From Fimicolochytrium jonesii (Eukaryota): a stretch of 64,000 bases of DNA. The position numbers and the translations under genes are program-made. The stretch is taken from NCBI RefSeq assembly GCF_025526975.1, contig NW_026515688.1, forward strand, positions 434,001 to 498,000, in the 5' to 3' direction. Below the pieces are notes generated by a model. That model had not been told where the DNA came from. It saw only the letters and a program-made list of their open reading frames with translations, and made no database searches. How positions within the stretch are numbered: the stretch's first letter is position 1; each line of letters starts with the position of its first letter. This document shows, piece by piece, positions 26,708-38,611 of this stretch.

Positions 26708-28313
26708 CTAAGCGGTATCGTGGCTCAAGAGAGCGGCCTTGTACTCCTTGTTAAGACCACGCTTGGCGGCAACCTTGGCGTCACGACCCTTCTTGCCCTC
26801 CTTCCGTGCCTCCTCAGCCAGCAACTCACGACGGCGGAGAGTCTGAGCGTAGGGGTTCAGGCGGATCAGAACACCGGTGTTGCGGAGAGGGTTCTTACGC
26901 TGAGCGAAAGGACGCTTCTGCGTGGGGGCACCAGCAACGCGGACGACGGCTTGGATTTCATCGGAGTTGATGATACGGGGAAGGTCGGGTTGGGAGATGA
27001 CGGGGAAGGGGAGGTTGTAGTTCTTCTTCAACTCCGAGGCCTTGGTGGAGTCGCCGAAAAGAGCGTCGAGCTTCTCGAAAGCAGCCTGAGTCCAGATGAC
27101 GAAACGACCAACGTGACCACCGGGAGCGAGCTGGAGAAGGTTGAGGGAGTCGACGCTGGCCTGGAAAGTAATGAGTGTCAGTTTTCACCATCAAATTCTC
27201 CATATGACACAAGTATCCGGTTGAAAAACTTACGAGTTCCACACCAGGGATGTTGCGGAAAGCCTTGACGATACCGGCATCCTGGTTGTAGATAACCAGG
27301 GGGCCACGCCTTTGCCTGTGGCGACGGTTCCTCATCTTTCCAACGCCAGCACGGAGCTTCTTGGAGTTGATGACCTTCTCGACATCGGTGTAGGCCTGGA
27401 CAGCCTTGAGGATAGCGACGGCCTCCTTAGTCTTCTTGATGGACTCAACGGCGTTGTTGATAACAAGGGGGACCTCGTTGACCTTCTCGATTTTGTGACC
27501 ACGGGCAAGGACCAAGCTGGGAAGAGCAGAAGCAGCGATGGCGGACGCGGTAGCGTAACGCTTCTGGTTCTGGTTGGTCTTGACGTGCCACTTCCTCCAG
27601 GTCTTGGTAGGCGCGAACATACGACCACCACGGCACATGTTACCGAAAGCGGCCTGACCGGCACGGTGTGTACCACCACCGCTGACACGGGGGATACGAG
27701 CAACGGCACGACCAGTACCCCAAGATTCAGCAGAGGTTTGGTGACCAGCCTTGACGCTGACGGCGTAAGCCTGACGCTTGTTCTTGTTCATGTTGGTGTG
27801 GGTGATCCTGACGACATCCGCACGGATGGGAGCCGTGAAGACACCAGGCAACTTCACAGTGCCGGCAACAGTGTTGCCATCGTGGGCGAAAACCGAAACT
27901 ACGGGACGAGCGGCCGCGGACTGCGAGAGAGAGGGAGAGCGAGGATATGGCTTTAGCAAAGGAGCCAAACCCAGTCGCACCGCAATTCGACCATCGTCGG
28001 TTCCCACGGTCCACATGTGATCATCACTCGTCCATTCCTACAATCCCACCCACGTCTCCAGCAAAGGCCCAGCCAGGAGTCCTCCATATTCCCGTCCCCT
28101 AGTGGTCACGACATTCTCATTCTCCATAAGTCCTGTCGACCTCCATTCCCGGCCATACCCCATGCCCACTTCAATTCATCCATCCATCGACTCAACCATC
28201 CATCCATCCATCCATCCATCGGTACCCCCCGAATCGCAGCTTTCGTCCACGATCTGCCCTCCGTCGGCCGTTCCCTCCGTCGTCTCGGTGCTGTGTCTGT
28301 TGATATTTACCAT
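26708..28313 (-). CDS. RPL4: 60S ribosomal protein uL4 (L4); the first coding exon is the ATG alone
   Basis: ATG 28313-28311 | 390-nt intron | [11 protein letters not shown]. Motifs [41 protein letters not shown] and KNPLRN. Codon bias is strong. Confidence 0.97.
28177..28220. repeat. (CATC)n microsatellite in RPL4 intron 1
   Basis: (CATC)3 at 28177-28188 and (CATC)6 at 28197-28220. Confidence 0.9.
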
Positions 28314-28590
28314 CTTCGAGTGGTGTTTGTCGAGACGTTCCAGTTGCGTACTAGGTGAATGTCAAATCAAGTGGCCAGTGAGAGTTATGGGAAGCGTGCA
28401 GGGAGCCGCGGCGGCCATCTCGCTTACATAATCACCATTGCATTTGGAGCGAGTGTTCAGAGTGTTCTGCAGTTGGACGCGCCCCTCATCACACTGAGGA
28501 CCGAGTCACTGCGTCTGAATCTCAACTTGTCTCGTCGTCCTCAAACAAACACACTCGCAGAAGTTCTGAATGGTCAAACCGAAGGGCGCA

Positions 28591-29597
28591 ATGCCACTCA
28601 CTACAGGACAGAGCGGGTGGTTCCAGAAGCTGATCGTACTCCCAGCAAAAAAAAGAGGGTTTGTCTCAAGTGACAATTTCGTTTTCGTACTCCGCCACCC
28701 GAAACTGACGACTCGTTTCCAGATGCCATTTGATAACGTACGAAGCTTAGTGCGCCTTGAGATAGAGCGCGATGCATTTTGAGGGATGAACGAGGCTGAC
28801 TCTAGATGATCGTGCAGGACTGAGTTGCTAAGGTGGGAACGGCGTCAACCTTTTGCGTAGGTGGAAGTCGGTTTTGACGCGTAACGGTCCTCGCTTCTTC
28901 GTGCAACGCGCATATAGAGAGGTAAGATTCAGAAGAAGATGTATGTCATGTCAGACGGGACCGCCTTGGGTGCCTCGGGACTAGTCAAACTCAGTATATG
29001 TACCATAGATCCCCGAAATCCATTCGATCAAAGTCGGAATGGCCAACTTTTTCCGTGGGTACCTCATACATGGGAGACAGGACTCACTTCAACAGAACTG
29101 ACGAAACCGGCCAATTCGCAGTCCAGCACACGTCGGCAGCACTCACCATTAATGAGAACGCCGACTCTGATGTCCGCCGCGATATGGAAGGTGATGCGGA
29201 GGAAGCTTGCGCTGTAATGCAACATCTACATTGACACAGCTTTTAGTCACCCTCAACAAGCTAGCGCCAGTGGATCGAGATCATGTTCACACAATGGAAG
29301 GGCCGGATGATATGGTGAGGTCGATGTGGAAGCTGACGGTGGGGGGTCACTTACTAAATGGGAAACTAGCCAGGGCATGTCAAATCGTCGTTGTTCGGGG
29401 TGTCCCTCAATATCCCCATTTCACAAGGGCAGCTGGCACTTGGGTAAGCAGCTGTGATCGTTTACCTAGAAGAGGCGAAGGCACGGGTTTCTGATTAGAT
29501 GCATGGCAGTACATGGCAAGGGATCTGGTTGGCCGAAGCTAGGGATTCCGGAGGTCGTCGAAAGATACTAGTTACACTCCAGGGACTGACAGCGTAG
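28591..29597 (+). CDS. YjbQ/UPF0047 family protein (secondary thiamine-phosphate synthase-like), 8 exons including micro-exons
   Basis: Spliced product [123 protein letters not shown]... contains the HTSA-x-LTINEN, EGPDDMP-x-HxKS and LGTWQGI motifs. Confidence 0.92.
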
Positions 29598-29880
29598 TGG
29601 CATGAGCAGCGACAGCAGGGGAAACCCGCATAGGCGCCGGCATCAAATGCAATGTCGTAAATGTAGGGAGATATAGGCCGTAGGGAGATCAAGGTGATAT
29701 GGCCTCGGAAAGGCGAAAACAGCTCTGAGACAAAGCCAGCAGTCTTTTATTTTTTATTCCCTCCGTCGCACTGTGCCGGCGTACTTGATTGTGTACCTCG
29801 ACCTCCACCCACAAGTACCGCAAATACAACCCCTCACGAATCAAAAGTGTACCACATACTGGTACGGAATGCGAGACGCT

Positions 29881-32515
29881 TTATTCCGCAGCGACAGCGC
29901 TTCGTTTTACGTTGCCTTTCCTCTTGTGTCTGGCGCCTTCCTTTGCAACTCCTTGCTGCTTTTCACGCTTGGATAGCTGCAGAAGGAAATCAGAGTATCA
30001 GAACTGGATGCGTTTAATCAGTGCGAGTCCCGCAGATGCCCTACCCCGCGTAATGTCCTCTTCTCAAGCTCCTCTCGAGTAAGCGGTCGGTCATCGTCAT
30101 CGGAAATCAGATCGTCGTCATGATCATCACTGTATAGAACCAAGTTAGTATCATCTCTATACGGTACGTGTGCCGCTCAAGACAGCTCTCTTACCCGGTA
30201 GATGGCGGAACGATCGTGATATTGCCTATTGGTGCAGTCGGGCCATGTCCCAAGAGACCACCCACCACCGGCGTCACCGCATCCCTCATCGTACCCGCCG
30301 ACCCGGTTGGTCCAGAAGCACTCATCGGCGCAGAGAACGTCACGGATCCGTCTCGCCTCAACGCCGTCTCCCTCTCGCCCTCCACTCCCGCGCTGACACC
30401 CCTGTCCGGCGCGGCCGCCGACCCGCTCTTCTTTGGCGCATTCACTAGGTAGTGCAGGCTGAGCAGCTCGTTCGTCTTTTGCTCGATGTGGCCGAGGAAA
30501 TAGAGGAGGTTGTGGTCGGATACGGAGGTGGGGACGGGTGTGGTGGGTTCGGCGGGTGCACTCGTCACTTCTTCAGCGGCACGACGGGCGGGTGTTTTTG
30601 TGCCGTCGGAAGGTACATTGCCATCGTCTCCCTTTGCAGTCTCCTCAACAAATTGCTCGCCTCCCTCTGCGGTGTCTGCCCCGCCTTCTGCAGGTCTTTC
30701 GTCCGCGGCGGGCTCTTCTGATAGCTTCTTCTGCGTGACTGGCAAAAGGACGCTGTCGAAGCACGTAACCAATCGCTCGACACCCTTCCGCAGGTCGGTG
30801 ATGACCTCGACCATATTGGAGTACTGCTTTTCGTATGTCTCGTATTTCTCGGTGCATGAATTCAGTTGGACCTAGAGGTATCACACAGCGTTGTGAGTTT
30901 CTGTTTAAGACATCAATGCGCGATCAATTCATGCCGCACCTCCAGCCCCTTCAATTCCCCAGCCATCTGTTCCTCCTCCTCAACATTCTTCACTTTCAGC
31001 GCATCGATCTTCTTCTGAATCTCCACAATCTCCTCCACAAGCCTCTCGATGCCGTTGTTCACCTCGTTCACATAGTTGAACAAGGAGAAGTTCTCGTCCT
31101 CGACCACCTTCATTCGTTGGACTAGTTCCTTGATAGAGGAAACGCCGGTCTCGACCTGGATCTTGGCGAATGCGACGTTGTAGGTTTCCAAGGAGTCGTT
31201 GAGCGCTTCCTGGGAGCCGAAGCGAGTCTTGGTCGCTCCTTTGTCTGCTGAGGATGTGAGCATGATTTTTTCCGATTTACTCTGAAACTTGTTTACGCAC
31301 CTTTCTTTTTCTTGTCCTTTCCGGTGCCATCGGTACCATGCGTGTGCCCGAGAGAGCCGTCCGCTGGCTGTCGGTCAGCCACCTTGGTTGCCATGAAGTC
31401 CTTGAGCCGCCTGTCCTGCTCCAGGGACCGGTCTAGCTCTTTGATCTCCTGTATATATGCCTGATGCTCTTTGTCCGCTTTCTCTCGAAGGGCGATGATT
31501 CGTGCCTGCGCTTCATCTCTGAGAAAGGGCACCCGTCGTAAGTCGACTGGGAGGCTCCGTGAGTTCAAGGTTGAGCGCCTACCGTGCTTCATAGGCGGAG
31601 TTGCTCGCCTCGATGATATCCGCCATCTGTTTCTTCTGCTCGGCAAGTTCTCGCTCGAACTTTTTGTAAATGTTATCGAACACCAGCCGCTCTCGCCGCA
31701 AGTTGTCAATCGTTTGCCGCATTCGCTTATTCACCGCAAGGGACTTGTTGAACTTCACTAGTGCCTAGAGTTACGCCCACAAGTCAGCATGGCAACGTCA
31801 TCCCCCGCGTGAGTTTGAGTGTCGGTTCCTCACTTTGTCAAGTCGGTTCTCTAGAACCTTTATCTGCTTCCCGATAGCTTCACTGTTCTCATATGCGGCG
31901 TTCACGCCTCCCAATTGTGCCCGTTGTTGGTCAATGTCTCTGTCCATATTTGCAATCGCTTCGTCCAGCTCTGATATGTCCGTAAGGATAGCACGGATTT
32001 TGCGATTGTACACATCTGCCGATGCTTCAAAATTAGCGCCTTTCAAACAACGAAAAACAGATAAAGAACCGCGCACCAGCTTGCTCGGCCATCGCCTCGA
32101 TCTTTTTCGACTGCACGCTTGATCGACGACGGTCGTTCGTTCGTTCCTGCAGAAGCGCCAACTCATCGACCAAGTACTGGTTCTCTCGCTTTAGCTTTTC
32201 GATGTTCCCCCTGTGTTTCCAGCAGAAATGTATCAGATAGCATGTTGTTTTTGGAGGATCTGCAAACGGCATAACTACCTCTGCTTGGTAATGAGCAGCC
32301 GAGATTCCTCGCTGTATGCTTTGCGGTCGCCCTCCATTATTCTATATTGCCGTTGCAGCTTTTGTAGCTCAAGCTCCGCTGGGGTTTCGGCAGAGATCAG
32401 TGAATAGATCCAACAGTAAATACTAAACAGAGCCATGCGTACCCATGCCTTCGCTGAGGTCGCTGTCAGCGTTTCCCACCGAGCTCGCCCGCTGGATGGC
32501 TAGGCTTCGGCTCAT
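29881..32515 (-). CDS. ODAD1: Outer dynein arm docking complex subunit (DC2/ODA1; CCDC63/CCDC114 family)
   Basis: AELQKLQRQYRIMEGDRKAYSEES, MDRDIDQQRAQLGGVNAA...KQIKVLENRLDK, FNKSLAVNKRMRQTIDNLRRER, RDEAQARI, EDENFSLFNYVNEVNN and NLLYFLGHIEQKTNELL. Confidence 0.88.
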
Positions 32516-33125
32516 CTTATAAATGCTTGGGTGAAAGATTTACAGCAGATGGTCTGAAGAAATCCTATAAATGCTACGAGCAGCAGGAGGGTTAACAAAC
32601 GTACAAACATTCTCGCCTTCAGATGTGAAAAGGAGCTCACCGGCTGCCGTTCTAATTGGATAGGCAGTATATTGACGGAATGAGGTTGAGATGACTGGAA
32701 AGCGAGAATATATGGCTCGAGAAAAGCCTGCTGCAAGAAACGGAGGCAAATGACCAATATCGTAAGCGCCATCAGTCCGTTAAGCGAACGGTGGTTGACA
32801 GGAAGGGGAAAGCGCCTCGTCGGAGAATAGCATCGCGTAAGCCGCGCGGTGACCGGGTTTCGGGAACGTGGTCGCTGGTTCTTGGTACTCTCTTGAATCG
32901 CCAGTCCTGATGCCTGATGCCATCACCGTCGGGAAATGATACCACATACTGCCGTAGATTTCCGTGCTTGTTTTTCAGAGATAGACCAGTTGGATTTCGC
33001 TGATTGGGAGTACGACGAACGTACTGTAGGTCAGGGTGTATGTACCTTCTCCAAGTTGCAGCTCACGCCGTCACTGCCCACCACCGCAATCTCCTCCTGC
33101 AGTTTCTGAGCGGCACCCTCGCGCC

Positions 33126-34715
33126 ATGATCACATTACCCCGGGGACGAACTCTCCGGCTCGTTACTGGGTTTGCCCTGCTTTTTGTGACCTTCTTATTC
33201 CTGCACGGGGCCCTAGGAGACACGTCGAGCTCACGGGCAAGGTTGTCTAAAGCATGGAATTCAGGCAAGGCCGCCGCGGCAGGCGCTGCAGCGGGTTTCC
33301 GAGATGGCTCCAAAGCTCCAGTCTCTGGGGCTGGAACGAACGGTGAAAAGGAAGGAGTCATCTCTGGCGTGCAGGAAAAGGCTAGTCGGTATCGGCTGTT
33401 ACATCAGCCGAAGACTCCATACACGAGAGCCGATGTCGATTTCGCCGAAAGGGCTGGCATGACTTTAGTCCCAGTCGACAGCGTCGCTCCCATCCGCAAC
33501 CAGTCTTTTACACCGCCCACCCCGCTTGTTAAGGGCGTCATCGTTATGCTCGCGCGAAATACCGACGCCGACGGTGCTGCAAAGTCGATCACGGAGCTGG
33601 AGAAGCGGTTCAATGGAAGGTGGCGGTACCCATACGTGTTCTTGAATGAACTGCCTTTCGACGATAACTTCAAAAATAAGCTCCAAGCCGTCAACCCGTC
33701 GGCGGATATGAAGTTCGGGCTGATCCCTGTTGTTCACTGGTCGTATCCATCATGGATCAACCAGACGAGAGCTGCTGCTGCTCGCAAAGCCATGCACGAA
33801 GCCAAGATCATTTACGGTGGTCACGAAGCATATCGTCACATGTGCCGATACAACTCCGGATTCTTCTATCGGCACGAATTGCTGGACGAATACGACTACT
33901 ATTGGCGAGTCGAACCCGATGTGCATTTTTACTGTGACATCGATGAAGATCCTTTCCGCTTCATGCAGGAAAACAACAAGCTCTACGGTTTCACAGTGTC
34001 GCTGACTGAGTTCCGTGCAACAATTCCAACACTCTGGGAGACCACCCGCGCCTTCATGACGGAGAATCCTTCATATATCCGCACCGAAGACAATGCCGTT
34101 CGATGGATTTCTAAAGACTTAAAAGATTACAATCTGTGCCATTTCTGGTCGAATTTCGAGATAGGCAGTCTACATCTTTGGCGTTCAAAAGCCTACGAAG
34201 GCTACTTTGAACATCTTGACCACGCCGGGGGTTTTTTCTACGAGCGATGGGGCGATGCTCCCGTGCATTCCATTGGGGCGACGTTACTCCTCAAACCCTC
34301 CCAAATCCACTTCTTCAACAATATTGGATATGATCACACCGGAATCAATCACTGCCCCATTGATCAACCCGCTTTCGCCAACAAGTGCCAGTGCAATGGG
34401 CTCAAAAATTTCGATATGACGGATTGGTCATGTACGCCGGAATGGTTCGATTTGTTTGGAGGTGGGGAGGCGAACAAGGCGGCGGAGGAGAAGCGGAAGG
34501 TGAACGAGCAAGAGCGAAGAAAAAAGGATCAGAAAGAGAAGGAAGAAAACGAAGCTCGGGCAAAGGTCGAGAAGGAAGCGAAAGAGAAAGCAGATAAGGG
34601 GGCCAAGGAGAAAGCTGAAAGGGAGGCGAAGGAAACGGCGGAGCGCGAAAAAATAGAGAAAGGCATGAAAGCGGCGAAAGAGAACGCGAAGAAAGGAGAG
34701 AATGCGAACCGTTGA
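33126..34715 (+). CDS. Alpha-1,2-mannosyltransferase, GT15 (Kre2/Mnt1/Ktr family), single exon
   Basis: N-terminal signal anchor, VMLARN, YPYVFLNE, YRHMCRYNSGFFYRH, YYWRVEP, YNLCHFWSNFEI and GGFFYERWGDAPVHSIG. Confidence 0.95.
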   Translation: MITLPRGRTLRLVTGFALLFVTFLFLHGALGDTSSSRARLSKAWNSGKAAAAGAAAGFRDGSKAPVSGAGTNGEKEGVISGVQEKASRYRLLHQPKTPYTRADVDFAERAGMTLVPVDSVAPIRNQSFTPPTPLVKGVIVMLARNTDADGAAKSITELEKRFNGRWRYPYVFLNELPFDDNFKNKLQAVNPSADMKFGLIPVVHWSYPSWINQTRAAAARKAMHEAKIIYGGHEAYRHMCRYNSGFFYRHELLDEYDYYWRVEPDVHFYCDIDEDPFRFMQENNKLYGFTVSLTEFRATIPTLWETTRAFMTENPSYIRTEDNAVRWISKDLKDYNLCHFWSNFEIGSLHLWRSKAYEGYFEHLDHAGGFFYERWGDAPVHSIGATLLLKPSQIHFFNNIGYDHTGINHCPIDQPAFANKCQCNGLKNFDMTDWSCTPEWFDLFGGGEANKAAEEKRKVNEQERRKKDQKEKEENEARAKVEKEAKEKADKGAKEKAEREAKETAEREKIEKGMKAAKENAKKGENANR

Positions 34716-35288
34716 GTGCCCAGCTTATCCACTACTTCCGAAAATTGATGTAGCGTAGTAAGGTAGTAGCATTTGGCGATGCAGGATCACCTTCAGTCGC
34801 TGTTCGCCTGAGCTTGGGGATTGCATAGTAATAGCCATAGACCATAATTTCTGGTATCTTTCGCCACTTTGCCGGTGCGCTCACGCTGGCTATATTCCTT
34901 TCTGTCTCCTATTTATTACCGGCAGAGATACGTCCTTTGTGTTTCTAAATAATATATGCTGCCCCAGCTGACCCTTTTCTGCCGATTCAGGATGGAACCG
35001 AAACAGCAAATCATTCAAAGTGATGTGAGCCAGGTGTTGAAAATGCGGTCGTCGATGGGAAGCGGTTTCGAAGGGTGGTATTTCTTAGCAAGAGTAGCAG
35101 TGTGTGCATCTGCTCGGTTCCAGGCAGAAGTTCCTTGGCTCGGCCACTCGCGCGTGGCCTGGATTGGTATACGGTTGTGCCATTTCACAACAATAGTGCC
35201 ATTGGAAGGGAGCATCTTTTTCGGTTGCTTCATCCGTTTGAGGGACATGTTTTTGATCCGATTCTGAGACCGGGTACGCCCAGTTCCC

Positions 35289-37291
35289 TCAAGACTTCTT
35301 CTTTTTGCCATTCCCACTGTACCAAATCTTGACCGAAAAGTCCGCAGAGCAAGAAGCCAGTATTGGCTCGGTCGGGTGGAAGTCGACCGCATACACCCTG
35401 TCTGTGTGCCCAGACAGTCTTTGGACCAGTTCCGATGTCCCCTCCGGTCCGCCGACGTTGTAAACGTACACGAACGGGTCGGCTGAACCGGTGGCGAGGA
35501 GCATCCCGCCAGATGAACTATTGGAGGGGTCTCCTCGGGCATGATGGTGATGGTGGTCAGGGTCCGGATGGGCGCCACGAACGTCAGTTTTCGAGAATAT
35601 ATCTTCTTGACTGTCACCGCGTTTGAGGAGGGGGTTCGCTGAGAGAGTCTGATATGAGAACACGTGGCATAAGGCGCATGTTGTACGAAGGTACTTACTC
35701 TCTCTAAACAGGAACAACGAACTCTTGATTGGCCAGTTCTTGTTCTTGTACCCTTTCAAGGCATGCATCAACCTCAACGAACTGGATGGAGGTGTATACC
35801 CTCGGTCGTATACTCTTATGACTATAGGAACATCCGAGCATCAGCGTGGATCATCTATAAACAGATAAAATTATGCCTGCTTACCATTGTCATATGAGTT
35901 CACCGCCAGGTGATGGGGCTCTTCATCTACGGAGCACGAAATCATCAGACAGAAGCCTTAGCAAAGAAGGACCGAGCCTGATATCTACCTCCGTCGTTAT
36001 AGCAGACTGTCACATGCGAAATCGGTTTCCGCGTAGGCTCATTTGCAATGACTTGCACGCATTTGCCTGTCCGTACATCCCACGTCTTCAGCTGTCCAGC
36101 AGCATCTCCGGAGAGCACATACGTCGCATCGCGATATACATATCTTGTGGCGGTAAGTCAGTATGTGTCCTGGACTAAGGACAAGGTTGAAAGAGCATCA
36201 ACATACAGTGAGTTAACCATTGCATCGTTCTCCCAAGTCGTCACGTTATCGCCCTGCCGTCTATCAACCATGCACAGGGCATTTCGAGATGTGCCACTGA
36301 GGAATATGTTTTGATCTGGACGAATGAAGACAACTACGATGTCAGCGTCCGCGCTTTGGATTCCTCATGCAGAACCAGTACGCACCTTGTGGATTGAACA
36401 TGACACACTGAACGAAACCCTCGCTATTATAGGACCCAACAAGCTTGCCATTCTTCACGTCCCATACTTTGCATGTCTGATCGTATCCACCCGATAACAG
36501 TTCTGTCGAATCCTTCGACCATGACAGATCGGAGACATTCAGTGTGTGACCTTGCAGGACATGAATCTAGTTATCAAGCTCTGGAGTTAGTCCTGATCAT
36601 TGTGGATGCGAAGCCTCTCGCGGCGCGCACCTCTTTTTGCGTCGTGGACGCATCCCATATCCTGACAGTCTTGTCAAAGGAACCAGACGCGACGAACTTT
36701 CCACAATGGGAAAATTGTACCGAATAAACAGCCCCTTTGTGTCCCTGGCGTATGCGCGGCCGGTAAGATTACGGCCACAAGGAAGGACTCTCCCTCTCTC
36801 GAGGCACCACACCTTCAAATCATGCTTCAGGTAAAACTGTCGGCCTTCTTTGTTGCCATCCCGAGATACGCCTCCTATCAGAAAATCAACCGTCAGATGT
36901 CCGACGTCATGGCGACAAGAGCAGTAGATGCCTTGGTGCAGCCGGTCTATCGTTTGCCTACTTACCGAAGACCTCCGAATCATCCCCGGTGGATGGCTTA
37001 GTGGCATCTAATGCCGATTGGAATGCTGGATCATAGACTTCCAATGAATCCAGCGAAAACGGCGACGTTTTATGTGCAACGAGGTTGAAACGCGTGGATA
37101 GCTCATATAGAGATTTCTTCAGCGCCAAGTTTTCCTGCGGGAAGGTAAGTTCGAGGAATAGTTGAGCTCAAGGAACGCCTTTGCGACGGAAGGCATAGGG
37201 ATGGGTACAATACCTTCTCCAGCACTTCCACTCTTTGCTTCAGCTGGCGGCTCTCTTTGGAGGCCTTCTCCTGTAGTTGAGCCGACTCCAT
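35289..37291 (-). CDS. WD40-repeat protein with N-terminal coiled coil; specific orthologue not recognised
   Basis: MESAQLQEK...[25 protein letters not shown] repeats [12 protein letters not shown]...[24 protein letters not shown]...[10 protein letters not shown] and [13 protein letters not shown]...[12 protein letters not shown]. Confidence 0.85.
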
Positions 37292-37760
37292 GCCGACGCT
37301 GGCTTATCCGGGTTCTGCTCTTTCCCCGGCAGAGGAATACCTCAAAGAGAAGTGGCCCTTTTTGCCTTTGCCTGTCAGGCCATACAAATGAGTTCAAGAT
37401 CTATCGACTCCGTTTCTGTAACCCTGGTCGTTTGACATTCCATACCTGGAACAGAATGGAGCTCGTTCACGGAGGATAAAGCATCCAAGACCAATAATGC
37501 CTTGTAATCAGAGTAAGACTGCCTATGCTATTCTGACCGCCGCCCTACCGTACTTGCATTATTATGGTGATGGCGTTGAAGGAGCATTTGACAGGGCCTT
37601 CCGCGACGAGAAAGGATTCTGAACATGAACCCCTCTTGGGAAAGCGCGACGGGCGCAAATCTCGGTGACAGCTCAGCTTTCTATCCCAGAAAAAACAACC
37701 TCCGCCTCCAAGCTCCCAAACCCCCGCTAACGACACTCTCACTACAGCCAACTATCAACG

Positions 37761-38241
37761 ATGGGTGGAGGAAACGTACGTTGTTCCTCGGTGTCATGTC
37801 TCTAGAGCTCTTCCTTTCCGGTTTCGGAATGTGTGTTCCTGCCGGTATTCAACTAACTCCTTCCGCACTTTGTACATATATACAGGCACAAAAAGCCGCT
37901 ATGAAGCGGGAGAAGAACGCCGCCAGGGCTGGGTTGACCGCCAAGAGTCAACTGAAAGTGGTGGGTACGGGGTTGGCCTCACGTTCCAACTCGCATGTTG
38001 CTGATTTACTGTTATAGAACGAGGCGGCGAAAAACACAATGTGCTCCGTATGCAGGCAGACGTTCCTTATGACAATTAGGCAAAAGGTTAGCTCAACTCT
38101 AGCGCTGCCAAGCTACCGTATAGAAGTTGAGTGAGGAAGTAACCTCCCTTCTTCATTCAGGCACTGGAAGAGCACGTCACAAACAAGCATGCTGGCAAAG
38201 ACTTCAAGACATGTTTTCCAACATTCGTCCCAACGGCTTAG
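37761..38241 (+). CDS. Small zinc-finger protein, ZNF706/At2g23090 (4F5/SERF-related) family, 4 exons, about 79 aa
   Basis: MGGGN|AQKAAMKREKNAARAGLTAKSQLKV|NEAAKNTMCSVCRQTFLMTIRQK|ALEEHVTNKHAGKDFKTCFP... has a CxxC...HxxxxH finger. It is not captured whole by the ORF track. Confidence 0.88.
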
Positions 38242-38611
38242 ACGACACTTCAGCCGAACATCAGACTTTCCGATACATACACCACAGTGATTCGTAATCA
38301 CCACTTCACAACTATTTGTACCTAGCCGTATATCATTATTCGATCGCTCAATAGCATACCGTTCATCACTCGGGATCTGAAGCACAGTGCAAATTGTTTC
38401 ATGGTGTCTAATTCGGGCGGTGTACCAGTGTATTATTTTTGATAAGAGGCGACAGTAATGTAGAAAAGATTCCGGGCGAAACAAAATCTGACGGCGACAA
38501 AAAAGGTGATTCTTGCATCCCTTTCCTCATTCAAAGCTATTCACATTTCCTTGTTCTTCCACACGCAACAGGTGAGAGTGTTCTCATTATTTACATCATG
38601 TCTTGGGGATC

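Noticed and set aside
26498..27956. Long plus-strand ORFs (256 and 214 aa) opposite RPL4
   Set aside because: They are antisense shadows caused by strong codon bias in a highly expressed gene.
27930..28030. C/D box snoRNA in RPL4 intron 1
   Set aside because: There is a box C-like GTGATGA but no box D (CTGA) before the 3' splice site.
31783..31796. X-box-like GTCAGCATGGCAAC in ODAD1
   Set aside because: It is imperfect, lies in an internal intron, and no matching boxes were seen in the CFAP96 or ODAD1 promoters.
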